This document shows, one piece after another, positions 1 to 9,458 of a DNA stretch of 64,000 nucleotides. The stretch lies in assembly GCA_005798555.1 (NCBI GenBank), contig SYJA01000078.1, positions 25,191 to 89,190 on the forward strand, in the 5' to 3' direction. The notes below the pieces were generated by a model that saw only the letters and a list, made by a program, of their open reading frames with translations, ran no database searches and was not told where the DNA came from. The translations under genes were made by a program, and so were the position numbers. The stretch is from Actinomycetota bacterium (GTDB lineage: Bacteria > Actinomycetota > Actinomycetes > S36-B12). Numbering within the stretch: the stretch's first letter is position 1; every line of letters starts with the position of its first letter.

Positions 1-42
1 CTTGCTGGATCCGAAAATGCTCATGCGCATAGGGTACGAGGT

Positions 43-1221
43 ATGAGTAATTCAAGCGCGGGCAATGTCGCCTCCGGTGGCTTTGAGACTAGGGCGATCC
101 ACGCGGGACAGGAGCCTGACGCCCTAACCGGAGCAGTTGTCACCCCGATCTATCAGGTGTCCACCTACGCTCAGGACGGGGTTGGTGGCTTACGGGGCGG
201 CTACGAGTATTCGCGCAGCGGTAATCCAACGCGAACTGCACTCGAGGAGTGTCTGGCGGCCTTGGAGGCACCGGGGATCGAAAGTGCTCGGGGTTTGGCA
301 TTCGCGTCCGGCTTGGCCGCGGAAGACACCATCATTCGCACGCTGGCTCGTCCCGGTAGCCATGCTGTTATCCCTGACGACGCGTACGGCGGCACCTACC
401 GCCTCTTTGCTAGGCTCGCGGGTCCTTGGGGGGTTGAGCACACGCCGGCCGCCGTAACTGATCCAGCAGCGCTCGCTGCCGCGATCATCCCGGGCAGGAC
501 GGTTCTGGTTTGGGTCGAAACTCCGACCAACCCCTTACTAAATGTGGCAGACATCGAGGCCTTGGCGAAAGTCGCCCATAGTGCCGGGGCGCTACTTGTC
601 GTTGACAACACTTTTGCATCACCGTACCTGCAGCAGCCGCTACTTCTCGGTGCAGACATCGTGGTGCATAGCACCACCAAGTATCTCGGTGGCCATAGCG
701 ATGTCATCGGCGGCGGATTAGTCGCGACGGAATCGGAGTTGATTGAAAAGCTGCGCTACCACCAAAATGCGATGGGCGCGGTGCCGGGACCATTCGACAG
801 CTGGTTGGTGCTGCGTGGCATCAAGACCCTTGGCGTGCGGATGGATCGGCACTGCGCAAATGCACGTGCGGTAGTTGACCTACTGATATCGCATCCGAAG
901 GTGATCGATGTGATGTGGCCAGGGTTGCCAAACCATCCGGGCCACGATGTTGCGGTGCGGCAGATGCGTGATTTCGGTGGCATGGTCTCGTTCCGTGTTG
1001 CCGGTGGCGAAGCTGCGGCACTAGCGGTTTGCGCCAACACCAAAATCTTCACCCTGGGTGAGTCACTGGGTGGCGTTGAGTCGCTGATCGAGCACCCGGG
1101 CCGCATGACCCATGCATCTGCTGCGGGGACTCCACTTGAAGTACCTGCTGACCTGATCAGGTTGTCGGTCGGAATCGAGTCAATTGCGGACTTGCTAGCG
1201 GACCTGGATCAAGCCCTCTAG
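43..1221 (+). CDS. metB: Cystathionine gamma-synthase/gamma-lyase family PLP enzyme
   Basis: 392-aa ORF. FETRAIHAGQ and YSRSGNPT motifs plus STTKYLGGHSD (PLP-lysine region) are typical of the Cys/Met-metabolism PLP family. Its position relative to greA/mca matches mycobacterial metB. Confidence 0.85.
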   Translation: MSNSSAGNVASGGFETRAIHAGQEPDALTGAVVTPIYQVSTYAQDGVGGLRGGYEYSRSGNPTRTALEECLAALEAPGIESARGLAFASGLAAEDTIIRTLARPGSHAVIPDDAYGGTYRLFARLAGPWGVEHTPAAVTDPAALAAAIIPGRTVLVWVETPTNPLLNVADIEALAKVAHSAGALLVVDNTFASPYLQQPLLLGADIVVHSTTKYLGGHSDVIGGGLVATESELIEKLRYHQNAMGAVPGPFDSWLVLRGIKTLGVRMDRHCANARAVVDLLISHPKVIDVMWPGLPNHPGHDVAVRQMRDFGGMVSFRVAGGEAAALAVCANTKIFTLGESLGGVESLIEHPGRMTHASAAGTPLEVPADLIRLSVGIESIADLLADLDQAL

Positions 1222-1236
1222 TTTTTGGCGGGTCAA

Positions 1237-2511
1237 CTACTCGACGGCACCTGCTCGACGATTCAAAGTCTCAGGCATGAGCCAGACGAAGATCACGGCG
1301 ATTAGGCTCATGCCGGCGGCTGCGGCGAAGGCCCAGTCGAAATCAAAGAGGTCAACGAGTAGTCCGGCTACCAGCGGGCCGATGATGATGCCGACATCGG
1401 ACATCATCTGGAAGGTGGCAACGACAATGCCACCGCGCTTGCCGCCCACAATGTCACCGACGACGGCGGCGGGCGCGGACCCTAAGAAGGCCGAAGCCGC
1501 GCCCTGAATTGCCATCGCGACCAAGAACAGGGCGGTGCCGGCCACCGCCGTAGTTCCCCAGCCGTTGACCGTCACATCGGCCGCGGTCAGTACCACCATG
1601 CCGATGGTGGTGCCGATGGTGCCGTAGAGCAGGGCCTTGCGGCGGCCGGTGGTGTCGGATACGCGGCCGGCGGGCAGTAGCAGCACGGCCTGCACCCCTG
1701 CGGCAACTAAGAAGCCAATGCCGGTGAGAGAGGCACCCTTTTGTAATCCCTCGGTGACGAAAAGTGGAACCACCGAAGAGCGCAGGCCGAGTACCAAGAA
1801 TCCGGTGATCAGATTGACCGCGAGCACTACCCGGTACGCACCATCTTGCAATGCGACCCGCAATGTCTCAAGTTTCCCCGCCTCACCGTGCGAAACGATT
1901 TCCTCGCGTTCATGTAGGTGCGACTTCGCCAAGAAGATGAGTGCGACGAGACCAGCGACGATCAAGGTGGCGGCATAAACGAAGAAGGGTGCTCGAATCG
2001 ACCAGGCAACGACCAAGCCACCAACCGCTGGTCCGGCAACTCCACCGAGCAGGAAGCCGCCTTGGTAGGCACTTGATGCGCGGCCGCGCTGCGCGTTGTC
2101 GACAACTCGCAACAGCAGGGCGAGGGCAGAGACGGTGAACATGGATGAGCCCAGCCCGCCAATACCGCGCAGGACGATCAACTGCTGATAATTCTGTGAG
2201 AATCCGGCAGCCAGACTTGAACCCGCAACTATGAAAAGCCCGGTGCCCAGCACGAGCCGTTCACCAAACTTCTCCACCAGGGTGCCGGCAATTGGTGCCG
2301 TCACGAATCTAGCGAGCGCAAAGACCGAGATCACCGCACTGGCCTGGAACGCGGAGACACCAAAAGTCCTAGCGAAAACTGGTAAAGCCGGAAGCAAGAT
2401 CCCAAAGCCAAGGGCAACACAAAAAGCGACCCCAGAAAGTACGGCGACTTCGCGTGGGAGTCCTTTAAGCAGTGGGGTACGGCCGACGGCGCCGGTGAAC
2501 CGGTTACTCAC
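1237..2511 (-). CDS. MFS transporter
   Basis: About 12 hydrophobic segments and a GRRKAL-type loop motif. The listed 547-aa ORF is over-extended. An in-frame GTG at 2511 gives a 424-aa protein and a GTGA overlap with the stop of the upstream oxidoreductase gene (2508). Confidence 0.8.
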   Translation of the reverse strand: MSNRFTGAVGRTPLLKGLPREVAVLSGVAFCVALGFGILLPALPVFARTFGVSAFQASAVISVFALARFVTAPIAGTLVEKFGERLVLGTGLFIVAGSSLAAGFSQNYQQLIVLRGIGGLGSSMFTVSALALLLRVVDNAQRGRASSAYQGGFLLGGVAGPAVGGLVVAWSIRAPFFVYAATLIVAGLVALIFLAKSHLHEREEIVSHGEAGKLETLRVALQDGAYRVVLAVNLITGFLVLGLRSSVVPLFVTEGLQKGASLTGIGFLVAAGVQAVLLLPAGRVSDTTGRRKALLYGTIGTTIGMVVLTAADVTVNGWGTTAVAGTALFLVAMAIQGAASAFLGSAPAAVVGDIVGGKRGGIVVATFQMMSDVGIIIGPLVAGLLVDLFDFDWAFAAAAGMSLIAVIFVWLMPETLNRRAGAVE

Positions 2512-3641
2512 AGTGCGATGGCCGTGCGCGCCTGCGCTGACCGAAGCGCGGCATCGAATACTCGGTGCGCAGCCAAGGCCTCTTGCGGGGTGGCGGTACC
2601 GAATCGATCGCCGAGGGCACCGGCCCGCTCGGCAAGAAATGCGGCCCACATCTGGAGCAGGGCATCGGCGAACCCGAATTCGAAGATGCCAGCGGAGATA
2701 ACCGGCCAGGTGGAGGTATTGCCCGGTTGAATCTCCTCCCAGACCTGCTTGCCCGCCCGCACGGCGAATTGCTGGTATGTCGCCGGCGTGCGGGTCGAAA
2801 AGCGCACGCCCGCGTCCATCCCAAGGGCCTCGAAATACCAAGTGTTCATCTGGCCGGGGGCGATGCGCCTGGTCTCCCAAAGCATCGTGAAGTCCCGGCC
2901 CGCCCCACCGGATGTCCGCATGGCAAGCAGCGCGTTATCCCAGGTATCGCAGTTCGCCGGACCATTAGGTGACGGGCGTTCGGTAACGATGTTGTCGAGC
3001 AGGGCGTATACGTCACTCGGCACCCAGCCCAGGCGTAGTGGCACATGCGCCACGTGCATGCCTAGATCACCCATCACGCCGATCTCACCGCAGGTGGCCT
3101 GTTGGCGCTTCCAATTGATCGCTTTGGTGCGATCGAGGTCAGAGGAATGTGAAAAGCCACTGCGTACGTCGACGAGTTCACCTAAGGCTCCTGACTGCGC
3201 AATTTCAAAGCAGCGTTGGGCACCTGGATAGAAGGGCAACTCACTTGAAACTCGGACGAAAGCCGATGACTTCTCAATGGCTTCGACTATGGCGGCGGCG
3301 GCGGCGAGGTCGATCCCGAAGGGCTTTTCACCCAGGAAGTCCTTTCCTGCAGCGGCAGCGGCTAGGTAAATCTCCTCGTGCAGATTATGCGGCACCGCAA
3401 TGTAGAGAACATCAATATCTGGATCATCGATAAGGTCATGCCAGTTCGACGTGAGAGTGGTCACGGTTGAAACTTGATTGAACCAATTGCGGGCACCCTC
3501 GTTTAGGTCGGCAACGGCTACGACCTCAGGCTTGACCGGATGATCTACCAAATGCAGCCAGCGCCCACACACGGCCGCCAACTCGCGACCCATCAGGCCA
3601 CCGCCGATGATGCCGATGCGGACAGTTTCCATTCCGGTCAC
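2508..3641 (-). CDS. Gfo/Idh/MocA family NAD(P)-dependent oxidoreductase
   Basis: N-terminal Rossmann motif VRIGIIGGGLMGRE and EKP motif (FLGEKPF). GTG start at 3641 overlaps the aldolase stop (GTGA). An ATG at 3632 is an alternative start. Confidence 0.8.
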   Translation of the reverse strand: MTGMETVRIGIIGGGLMGRELAAVCGRWLHLVDHPVKPEVVAVADLNEGARNWFNQVSTVTTLTSNWHDLIDDPDIDVLYIAVPHNLHEEIYLAAAAAGKDFLGEKPFGIDLAAAAAIVEAIEKSSAFVRVSSELPFYPGAQRCFEIAQSGALGELVDVRSGFSHSSDLDRTKAINWKRQQATCGEIGVMGDLGMHVAHVPLRLGWVPSDVYALLDNIVTERPSPNGPANCDTWDNALLAMRTSGGAGRDFTMLWETRRIAPGQMNTWYFEALGMDAGVRFSTRTPATYQQFAVRAGKQVWEEIQPGNTSTWPVISAGIFEFGFADALLQMWAAFLAERAGALGDRFGTATPQEALAAHRVFDAALRSAQARTAIAL

Positions 3642-4477
3642 GAACTGGCGATAGATCGCTCGGCTTGTGCTACATCTGCGCCGTCGTGCAGCATCGCCAT
3701 GATGGCCCGGGTCATGCCAACTGGATTTTGGTGCTGGATGATATTGCGGCCGTACACCACGCCGGCGGCACCGGCCTTCAACATTGCCGCTGTCCGGGTT
3801 AGGAGCTCGCGGTCGGGGACTTTGCCGCCACCACGTACCAGCACCGGCACGCCGGTTGCGGTCTGAATGACGTCACGATATGCCTCCGGATCATCCGTCG
3901 GATCAGCCTTGATGATGTCGGCACCGAGTTCAACGGCTTGCCGTACGACCGGCAAAATTGTGCTGACGTCACCATTTACCGTGTAGGCACCGGACTCGGA
4001 TTCCTTCATCGCCAGCGGCTCGACCATGAGTGGCATGCCGTAGCGATCGCAGTCGGCACGGGCGAGCAGCACATTTTGCAAGCACGCCTCGCGGACCTCT
4101 GGCCGCCCGGGCAGATCGAAGAGGTTGACCACTACGCAGGCCGCATCAAGTTGCACACCGCGCAGCGCGGGCTCGGGAATCATCAGGCTGTACATGTAGT
4201 CAGGTAATGGGTTGCCGTAGACATTCGCCACATCGGTGCGAAGGACCAAAGCCGGCCGATGTCGCCCGCCCAGGCCCTGCAACAGGTGGGCCTGGCCGAC
4301 CGTCAATTGAATGGCATCGGGCTCGGCGGCGGCCAAAGTCTGGACCGCGCTGGCTAGATCCTCGATCCCGGTCAAGAAGCCGCCTTCACCGAAGAATCCG
4401 TGGTCAACGGCAATATCGAGGCAGCGGCCGGACTTTGGGTTAAAGAGCCGGCGCAGTCGAAACTCATGGTTTGTCAT
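3638..4477 (-). CDS. Class I aldolase, DhnA/FbaB/LsrF family
   Basis: 279-aa ORF with DIAVDHG near the N-terminus, a GADIIKADPT Schiff-base-lysine-type motif and a VVYGRNI C-terminal motif, all typical of the DeoC/LacD-like class I aldolase family. Confidence 0.75.
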   Translation of the reverse strand: MTNHEFRLRRLFNPKSGRCLDIAVDHGFFGEGGFLTGIEDLASAVQTLAAAEPDAIQLTVGQAHLLQGLGGRHRPALVLRTDVANVYGNPLPDYMYSLMIPEPALRGVQLDAACVVVNLFDLPGRPEVREACLQNVLLARADCDRYGMPLMVEPLAMKESESGAYTVNGDVSTILPVVRQAVELGADIIKADPTDDPEAYRDVIQTATGVPVLVRGGGKVPDRELLTRTAAMLKAGAAGVVYGRNIIQHQNPVGMTRAIMAMLHDGADVAQAERSIASS

Positions 4478-4543
4478 GGTTTGAGCCTATCCTCAGGGTC
4501 GTAGGGGTTTTCGACCTGTTGGTAAAGCCCGAAGGGAGCAGCT

Positions 4544-5896
4544 ATGGCACCGCAATTGCTCGTGGGCTTGGACGTGGGCACCACCAGGATCAAGGCGGTG
4601 GCCGTTGATCTGGCCGGACAGCAGGTAGCCGAGGCAGCGCTGCCAACCCCGTGGCGCCACGTAGGCGCCGAGGCGGACGCGGACCCAATAGACCTAGCGG
4701 TGACCGCTACCGGGGTGCTCACCTTGCTGACGACGTCGGCTAGCTGGCCGACCGGGGCCAAGGTCACCGGCATCGGCGTCACCGGAATGGCTGAGACCGG
4801 GATCTTGCTGGATGCGACCGGTGCGGTCCTCGCACCGGCCTTGGCTTGGCACGACCCACGCGGTGAAGTCGAACTAATCGAGGCGCATATTTCGCGGTCC
4901 GAGTTTCATCGGCATGTCGGGATGCGGCTGAATTCGAAACCATCGGTGGCCAAGATCTTGTGGCTGCAGCAAAATATTTCGGGGGCCAGCGAAGCCGTTC
5001 GGCATTTGTGTGTTGCCGAGTGGATCGTCCATTACCTAGGCGGTGAGCAGGTAGGTGAGTTGTCTTTAACCTCACGCACGGGGCTATTTGATGTGGTTAC
5101 TCGCGAACCCTGGGAGCAAACCCTGCGGTTGACCGGCGACCTTTTGCCGAGCCGCTTTGTCATAGCCGGAACCGATTGTGGTTCGGTCCGCAACCACCTA
5201 CCCGATGCGTATCTAGGTGCGGTTTTGACCGTAACCGGGATGGATCATCAGTCTGCTGCCTTCGCCTCCGGTGCCGCAATAGCGGGCGTGTTCTTTAATT
5301 CGATGGGTACAGCTGAGGCCCTGATGCGATTTGCGCCGGCACCGCTATCGCGCGATGAGATTGAACTTCTTGTTGATCAAGATGCCGCTGTGCTTTGGTC
5401 GGTCATCCCTGACCACTTCTGTGTGCTCGCTGCGACTTTGTCGGGACTGTCGATGGAGCGGGTGCACGCATTACTCGGTGTGAAGACCCGCGAACAAGCC
5501 AGGGAGTTGGCCAGGGCAGCACTGGGTGTTGATCGATTGACTTCCGCAATGAAATTGGATCCAGCCTCGCACCGTGGCCTTCGGCTTTCCGGGATAGATG
5601 ACGAATCCTCACCGGCATTGGCTTGGCGGGTTGCTGTCGAAGACCTCCTTGCACAAAGTGCCACCATGACGGATTTCGTCGAGAGCGTGATCGGTCCCAG
5701 AACCTCGGCGGTGGTGGGTGGTGGCTGGATCAATGATGCGATGGTTGCTGAGGTCAAGAAGCGGCAACTTGGTGATTACCGCACCTGTGACGTCAATGAA
5801 CCGGGCGCGATTGGCGCGGCCCTCTTCGCAGGGATCGCCACTGGTGCGCTCAGTAGGCCTGGGCCGTCAGAGCGTCCGACTTGGCCGCAGACTTGA
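4544..5896 (+). CDS. FGGY-family carbohydrate kinase
   Basis: N-terminal LVGLDVGTTRIKAV ATPase motif and C-terminal GGGWINDAM motif. Divergent from the aldolase gene. RBS GGGAG lies upstream of the ATG at 4544. Confidence 0.8.
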   Translation: MAPQLLVGLDVGTTRIKAVAVDLAGQQVAEAALPTPWRHVGAEADADPIDLAVTATGVLTLLTTSASWPTGAKVTGIGVTGMAETGILLDATGAVLAPALAWHDPRGEVELIEAHISRSEFHRHVGMRLNSKPSVAKILWLQQNISGASEAVRHLCVAEWIVHYLGGEQVGELSLTSRTGLFDVVTREPWEQTLRLTGDLLPSRFVIAGTDCGSVRNHLPDAYLGAVLTVTGMDHQSAAFASGAAIAGVFFNSMGTAEALMRFAPAPLSRDEIELLVDQDAAVLWSVIPDHFCVLAATLSGLSMERVHALLGVKTREQARELARAALGVDRLTSAMKLDPASHRGLRLSGIDDESSPALAWRVAVEDLLAQSATMTDFVESVIGPRTSAVVGGGWINDAMVAEVKKRQLGDYRTCDVNEPGAIGAALFAGIATGALSRPGPSERPTWPQT

Positions 5897-5908
5897 TGGG
5901 GAACCGCG

Positions 5909-6436
5909 GTGGCTGAACGCGACACATCACGTGCCTTGGTCTATGCCGCTGAAAACCAATGGTCGGCGGCACTAGATCGCGGTGGGATAATCGATTTTTT
6001 CGGCTCCCGGCTGACGTTACCGAAACAGCAGTATTTTGAAACTGTCGAGTTGATGCAAAACTATTGCGATGACGTACTGGGCCTGGACCGGATCGTCTCG
6101 AGTTTTCCAAATGCCGGGTCAGTGCTTGTGCGCGCCCGAGCCGGGCAGGCCAAAGCGCACTACGAGTTCGAGAATGAAACTATCGCGGTCCCACTTTCGG
6201 GCACCGCCGGCGTAGCTGGGTGGGCCTGCTGCGAGGCGGTGCTACTGCACGAGTTGTCCCACCACCTGCTGTTTGTTGAGGTGGATCCCGCAACCAGTGC
6301 GCATGCCTTTCACGGCGGCCGGTTCACGACCACCATGTGTCAGTTGGTCTGCGAAGTACTGGGCTTCGAAGCCGCGCTGGTTCTACAAGGTGCATTTCAA
6401 GGTGCGGGAGTAACCGTGGGCTCGTATGTCGATTGA
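5909..6436 (+). CDS. Putative zinc metallohydrolase (HExxH; resembles the actinobacterial TIGR04338-type family)
   Basis: 175-aa ORF with LLHELSHHL (HExxH). GTG start lies 12 nt after the kinase stop. The family assignment is from memory only. Confidence 0.55.
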   Translation: MAERDTSRALVYAAENQWSAALDRGGIIDFFGSRLTLPKQQYFETVELMQNYCDDVLGLDRIVSSFPNAGSVLVRARAGQAKAHYEFENETIAVPLSGTAGVAGWACCEAVLLHELSHHLLFVEVDPATSAHAFHGGRFTTTMCQLVCEVLGFEAALVLQGAFQGAGVTVGSYVD

Positions 6437-7241
6437 GCGGATAAGTGCACTTCTCGCGAAAGCCGAGCGCACCGACAATGCAGCGGAGGCTGATGCGTAT
6501 TTAATGAAGGCTCAAGCACTAGCCACCGCAGCAAGTGTTGATTTAGCTTTTGCCAGAGCGCACACCGCGAGGATTGAAATGCGCCAAAGCCCGGAAATTC
6601 GCACGGTCACCATTGGCGAAAAGGGCAAGAGAGCCAATCAGCACCTGATCTCGCTGTTCATTGCGGTGGCACACACAAATGACGCTCACGTTGATATTGC
6701 TAGTAACTCAACTTATGTCATGGCATACGGGATGCCGGGTGATCTTGATGCGATTGAGGCACTCTTCGCCTCGTTAGCCGTGCAGATGACTCACACGGCA
6801 CAGGCATGGATAAACCTTGGGACTTGGCGCACCGAGTCCTATCTGTCCCACCGTAAATCCGGCGGCCGCTGGTCCCGTTCGACTAAGCCGCACACAGCCC
6901 ATACTGCGAGGGTAAGTTTCTATCGCTCCTACATCGCGCGGATAGAGGAGCGGCTTAAGGAAGCACGCGCGGGAGCCCGCGATCAAGTATTTGCAGAACA
7001 CGGCAGGGGCCGGGCCGGTCGCAAGGCAGGTGATCTGGTGCTGCGTGCGAAAGCCACCGAGATAAGTGACTTTCATCGCGCCAATACCGCAGCCCGCGGC
7101 GCCTGGGGCGGCTACTCGGGGGCGGTGCGCACGGAAAATGGGTCTGCTGGGGCCGCCGGCCGGCACGCGGCGTCAAATGCGCGCCTTGCTGCCCAGCGGT
7201 CACTCCCCGGTAAACCGGCAGTGGAAGGATCAAGCACATGA
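6426..7241 (+). CDS. DUF2786 domain protein
   Basis: The N-terminus ISALLAKAERTDNAAEADAYLMKAQALA matches the DUF2786 helix signature (KLLALAEST..NE.EAE.A..KAQ.L). It overlaps the previous gene by 11 nt, and its stop overlaps the ilvA ATG (ATGA). Confidence 0.6.
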   Translation: MSIERISALLAKAERTDNAAEADAYLMKAQALATAASVDLAFARAHTARIEMRQSPEIRTVTIGEKGKRANQHLISLFIAVAHTNDAHVDIASNSTYVMAYGMPGDLDAIEALFASLAVQMTHTAQAWINLGTWRTESYLSHRKSGGRWSRSTKPHTAHTARVSFYRSYIARIEERLKEARAGARDQVFAEHGRGRAGRKAGDLVLRAKATEISDFHRANTAARGAWGGYSGAVRTENGSAGAAGRHAASNARLAAQRSLPGKPAVEGSST

Positions 7242-8455
7242 CCGAGGTGCAGCGACCGACTTTGGTTGATGTCGAGCAAGCGGCAGTGCGCCTTGACGGT
7301 GTTATTCGCGATCTGCCCTTGGCCGGGGCCAGGTGGCTTGCTGACTTAGTCGGTGGGCCCGTCATGCTCGTGACCGAGAACCTGCAGCGAGCTGGATCCT
7401 TCAAGATCCGCGGTGCCTATAACCAGATCGCCCAATTATCTGAAGCCGAGCGGCAGCGCGGTGTTGTTGCAGCAAGCGCCGGTAACCACGCCCAGGGGGT
7501 AGCCGTTGCCGGGCAACTACTAGGAGTCAAAGTCACGGTCTTCATGCCGGATGGAGCCACCATCCCAAAAGTTGAGGCCACCAAGGGCTATGACGCCGAC
7601 GTCTATTTCGCCGGCCCGACTATTGACTCGGCCCTAGATGCAGCACGGGAATTCAGTGCGCGCACCGGTGCGGTACTAATTCACCCATTTGACCACGTAG
7701 ACGTGGTCGCAGGCCAGGGGACTTTAGGCCTGGAGATAATCGCGAAGATGCCCGATGTCAAGACTGTCGTGGTGTGCACGGGCGGTGGCGGCCTGTTGGC
7801 TGGTGTGGCGTTGGCTATCAAATCAACCAGGCCAGATATTCGAGTAGTGGGCGTGCAAGCCGAACAGAGTGCGGCCTACCCAGCTTCGCTAAAAGCAGGA
7901 ACCCCGATAGCAATCACGACGATGAACACCATGGCTGATGGCATCGCGGTTGGCCGGCCAGGCGAGGTGCCATTTGCGATAGTCGCTGACCTCGTTGACG
8001 AAATCGTGACCGTATCTGAGAGTGAAATTGCCCGCGCCGTATTGCTGCTGCTCGAACGAGCCAAGCTACTAGTGGAGCCGGCCGGTGCCGCGGCAACGGC
8101 GGCTGTCCTGGCACGGCCATCAGATTTCGAACCGCCCATCGCGGTGGTCATCAGTGGGGGCAATGTTGACTCGCTCCTCCTGATGCGCATTATCAGGTTC
8201 GGGATGGCCGCCGCGGGCCGCTTTTTGACGGTTCGAGTCCGCGTACTTGATCGGCCGGGGTCTCTTGCGCGGTTACTTGAGACCGTCCGCAATTCCAACG
8301 CCAATGTCGTCGAAATCGAGCACAATAGATTCGACTCAGGATTGTCCGTCGATGAAGTTGATATCGTGGTGCAAGTTGAAACCCGGGGCCCTGAGCAGCG
8401 CGATGCACTACTTGGTCAGCTGATCGAAGCCGGGTATGAAATCCTCGATCGCTAG
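7238..8455 (+). CDS. ilvA: Threonine ammonia-lyase (threonine dehydratase) with C-terminal ACT-like domain
   Basis: SFKIRGA PLP-lysine motif, ASAGNHAQG, GGGGL loop, and a C-terminal regulatory domain of about 80 aa. Confidence 0.85.
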   Translation: MTEVQRPTLVDVEQAAVRLDGVIRDLPLAGARWLADLVGGPVMLVTENLQRAGSFKIRGAYNQIAQLSEAERQRGVVAASAGNHAQGVAVAGQLLGVKVTVFMPDGATIPKVEATKGYDADVYFAGPTIDSALDAAREFSARTGAVLIHPFDHVDVVAGQGTLGLEIIAKMPDVKTVVVCTGGGGLLAGVALAIKSTRPDIRVVGVQAEQSAAYPASLKAGTPIAITTMNTMADGIAVGRPGEVPFAIVADLVDEIVTVSESEIARAVLLLLERAKLLVEPAGAAATAAVLARPSDFEPPIAVVISGGNVDSLLLMRIIRFGMAAAGRFLTVRVRVLDRPGSLARLLETVRNSNANVVEIEHNRFDSGLSVDEVDIVVQVETRGPEQRDALLGQLIEAGYEILDR

Positions 8456-8465
8456 GCTGCTGCTC

Positions 8466-9458
8466 ATGTCAGATCAACCTGCGGTCCGCGCCGAGGGCAT
8501 TAGCCGTACCTTCGGTGAAGTCAAAGCCCTCGATGGCATGGATCTCGTCGTGCAAAAGGGCCAGGTGGTTGGCCTCCTAGGCCCCAACGGCGCAGGCAAG
8601 ACCACCATGGTGCGCATTTTGAGCACCCTGTTGAAGCCAACGGCGGGCCATGCCGAGGTAGCGGGGTTCGATGTGGTCAAGCAGGCTAATCAGGTGCGGC
8701 GCACGATCGGGTTGACCGGTCAGTATGCGGCCGTTGATGAGTACCTGACCGGCCGCGAAAACCTGCGCATGTTCGGCGCCCTATTTCACCTGACCCCGGC
8801 CTACGTAAAGGCCAGGTCCACGGAGCTACTTGCCTCATTTGACCTTGAGGATGCCGCGGACCGCCCGGCTCGCACCTATTCAGGCGGCATGCGTCGTCGT
8901 CTTGACCTTGCGGCTAGCCTGATTGCTCGACCGGAGATCTTGTTCCTTGATGAGCCGACGACCGGGCTCGACCCGCGCTCCCGGCTGGGAATGTGGCAGG
9001 TGATCAATGACCTTGTCGCCGAGGGCACCACGGTGCTGTTGACAACCCAGTACTTAGAAGAAGCCGATCAGTTGGCCCAGGACATAGTCGTGATCGATCA
9101 CGGACATGTGATCGCTCACGGCACTGCGGAGCAACTCAAGGATCAAATTGGCGGTGATCGAATCGAGGTCACCGTTCATGACAGCGCTGTGGCCGAGCGC
9201 GCAGCTCTGGCATTAGGGTCAGTGGTCTCCGGGCAGCCGATCATCGAGGACAACAAAATCTCCGCACCTGTCAGTGGCGGTTCAAAGGTGTTGGTCGGCG
9301 CGATTCGGGCACTTGATCTCGAGCAGATCGAAATCACCGACATCATGTTGCGCAGGCCGACCCTTGACGATGTGTTCATGTCCTTGACCGGCCATCTTGC
9401 CGAAGACGAAACCCAACGCCCGAAACCAACTCGGCGAAGAGGAGCACGTAGGCGATGA
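8466..9458 (+). CDS. ABC transporter ATP-binding protein (DrrA-like, ABC-2 exporter)
   Basis: Walker A GPNGAGKTT, signature YSGGMRRRL, Walker B ILFLDEPTTGLD. The start is either ATG 8466 or ATG 8436 (which overlaps the end of ilvA). Confidence 0.85.
   Translation: MSDQPAVRAEGISRTFGEVKALDGMDLVVQKGQVVGLLGPNGAGKTTMVRILSTLLKPTAGHAEVAGFDVVKQANQVRRTIGLTGQYAAVDEYLTGRENLRMFGALFHLTPAYVKARSTELLASFDLEDAADRPARTYSGGMRRRLDLAASLIARPEILFLDEPTTGLDPRSRLGMWQVINDLVAEGTTVLLTTQYLEEADQLAQDIVVIDHGHVIAHGTAEQLKDQIGGDRIEVTVHDSAVAERAALALGSVVSGQPIIEDNKISAPVSGGSKVLVGAIRALDLEQIEITDIMLRRPTLDDVFMSLTGHLAEDETQRPKPTRRRGARRR

Noticed and set aside
2512-2880. 123-aa N-terminal extension of the MFS transporter ORF (listed as 1237-2880)
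   Set aside because: The extension is Arg/Gly/Pro-rich and lies entirely inside the well-supported Gfo/Idh/MocA gene on the same strand in another frame. The GTG at 2511 gives a normal MFS N-terminus and a GTGA coupling overlap.
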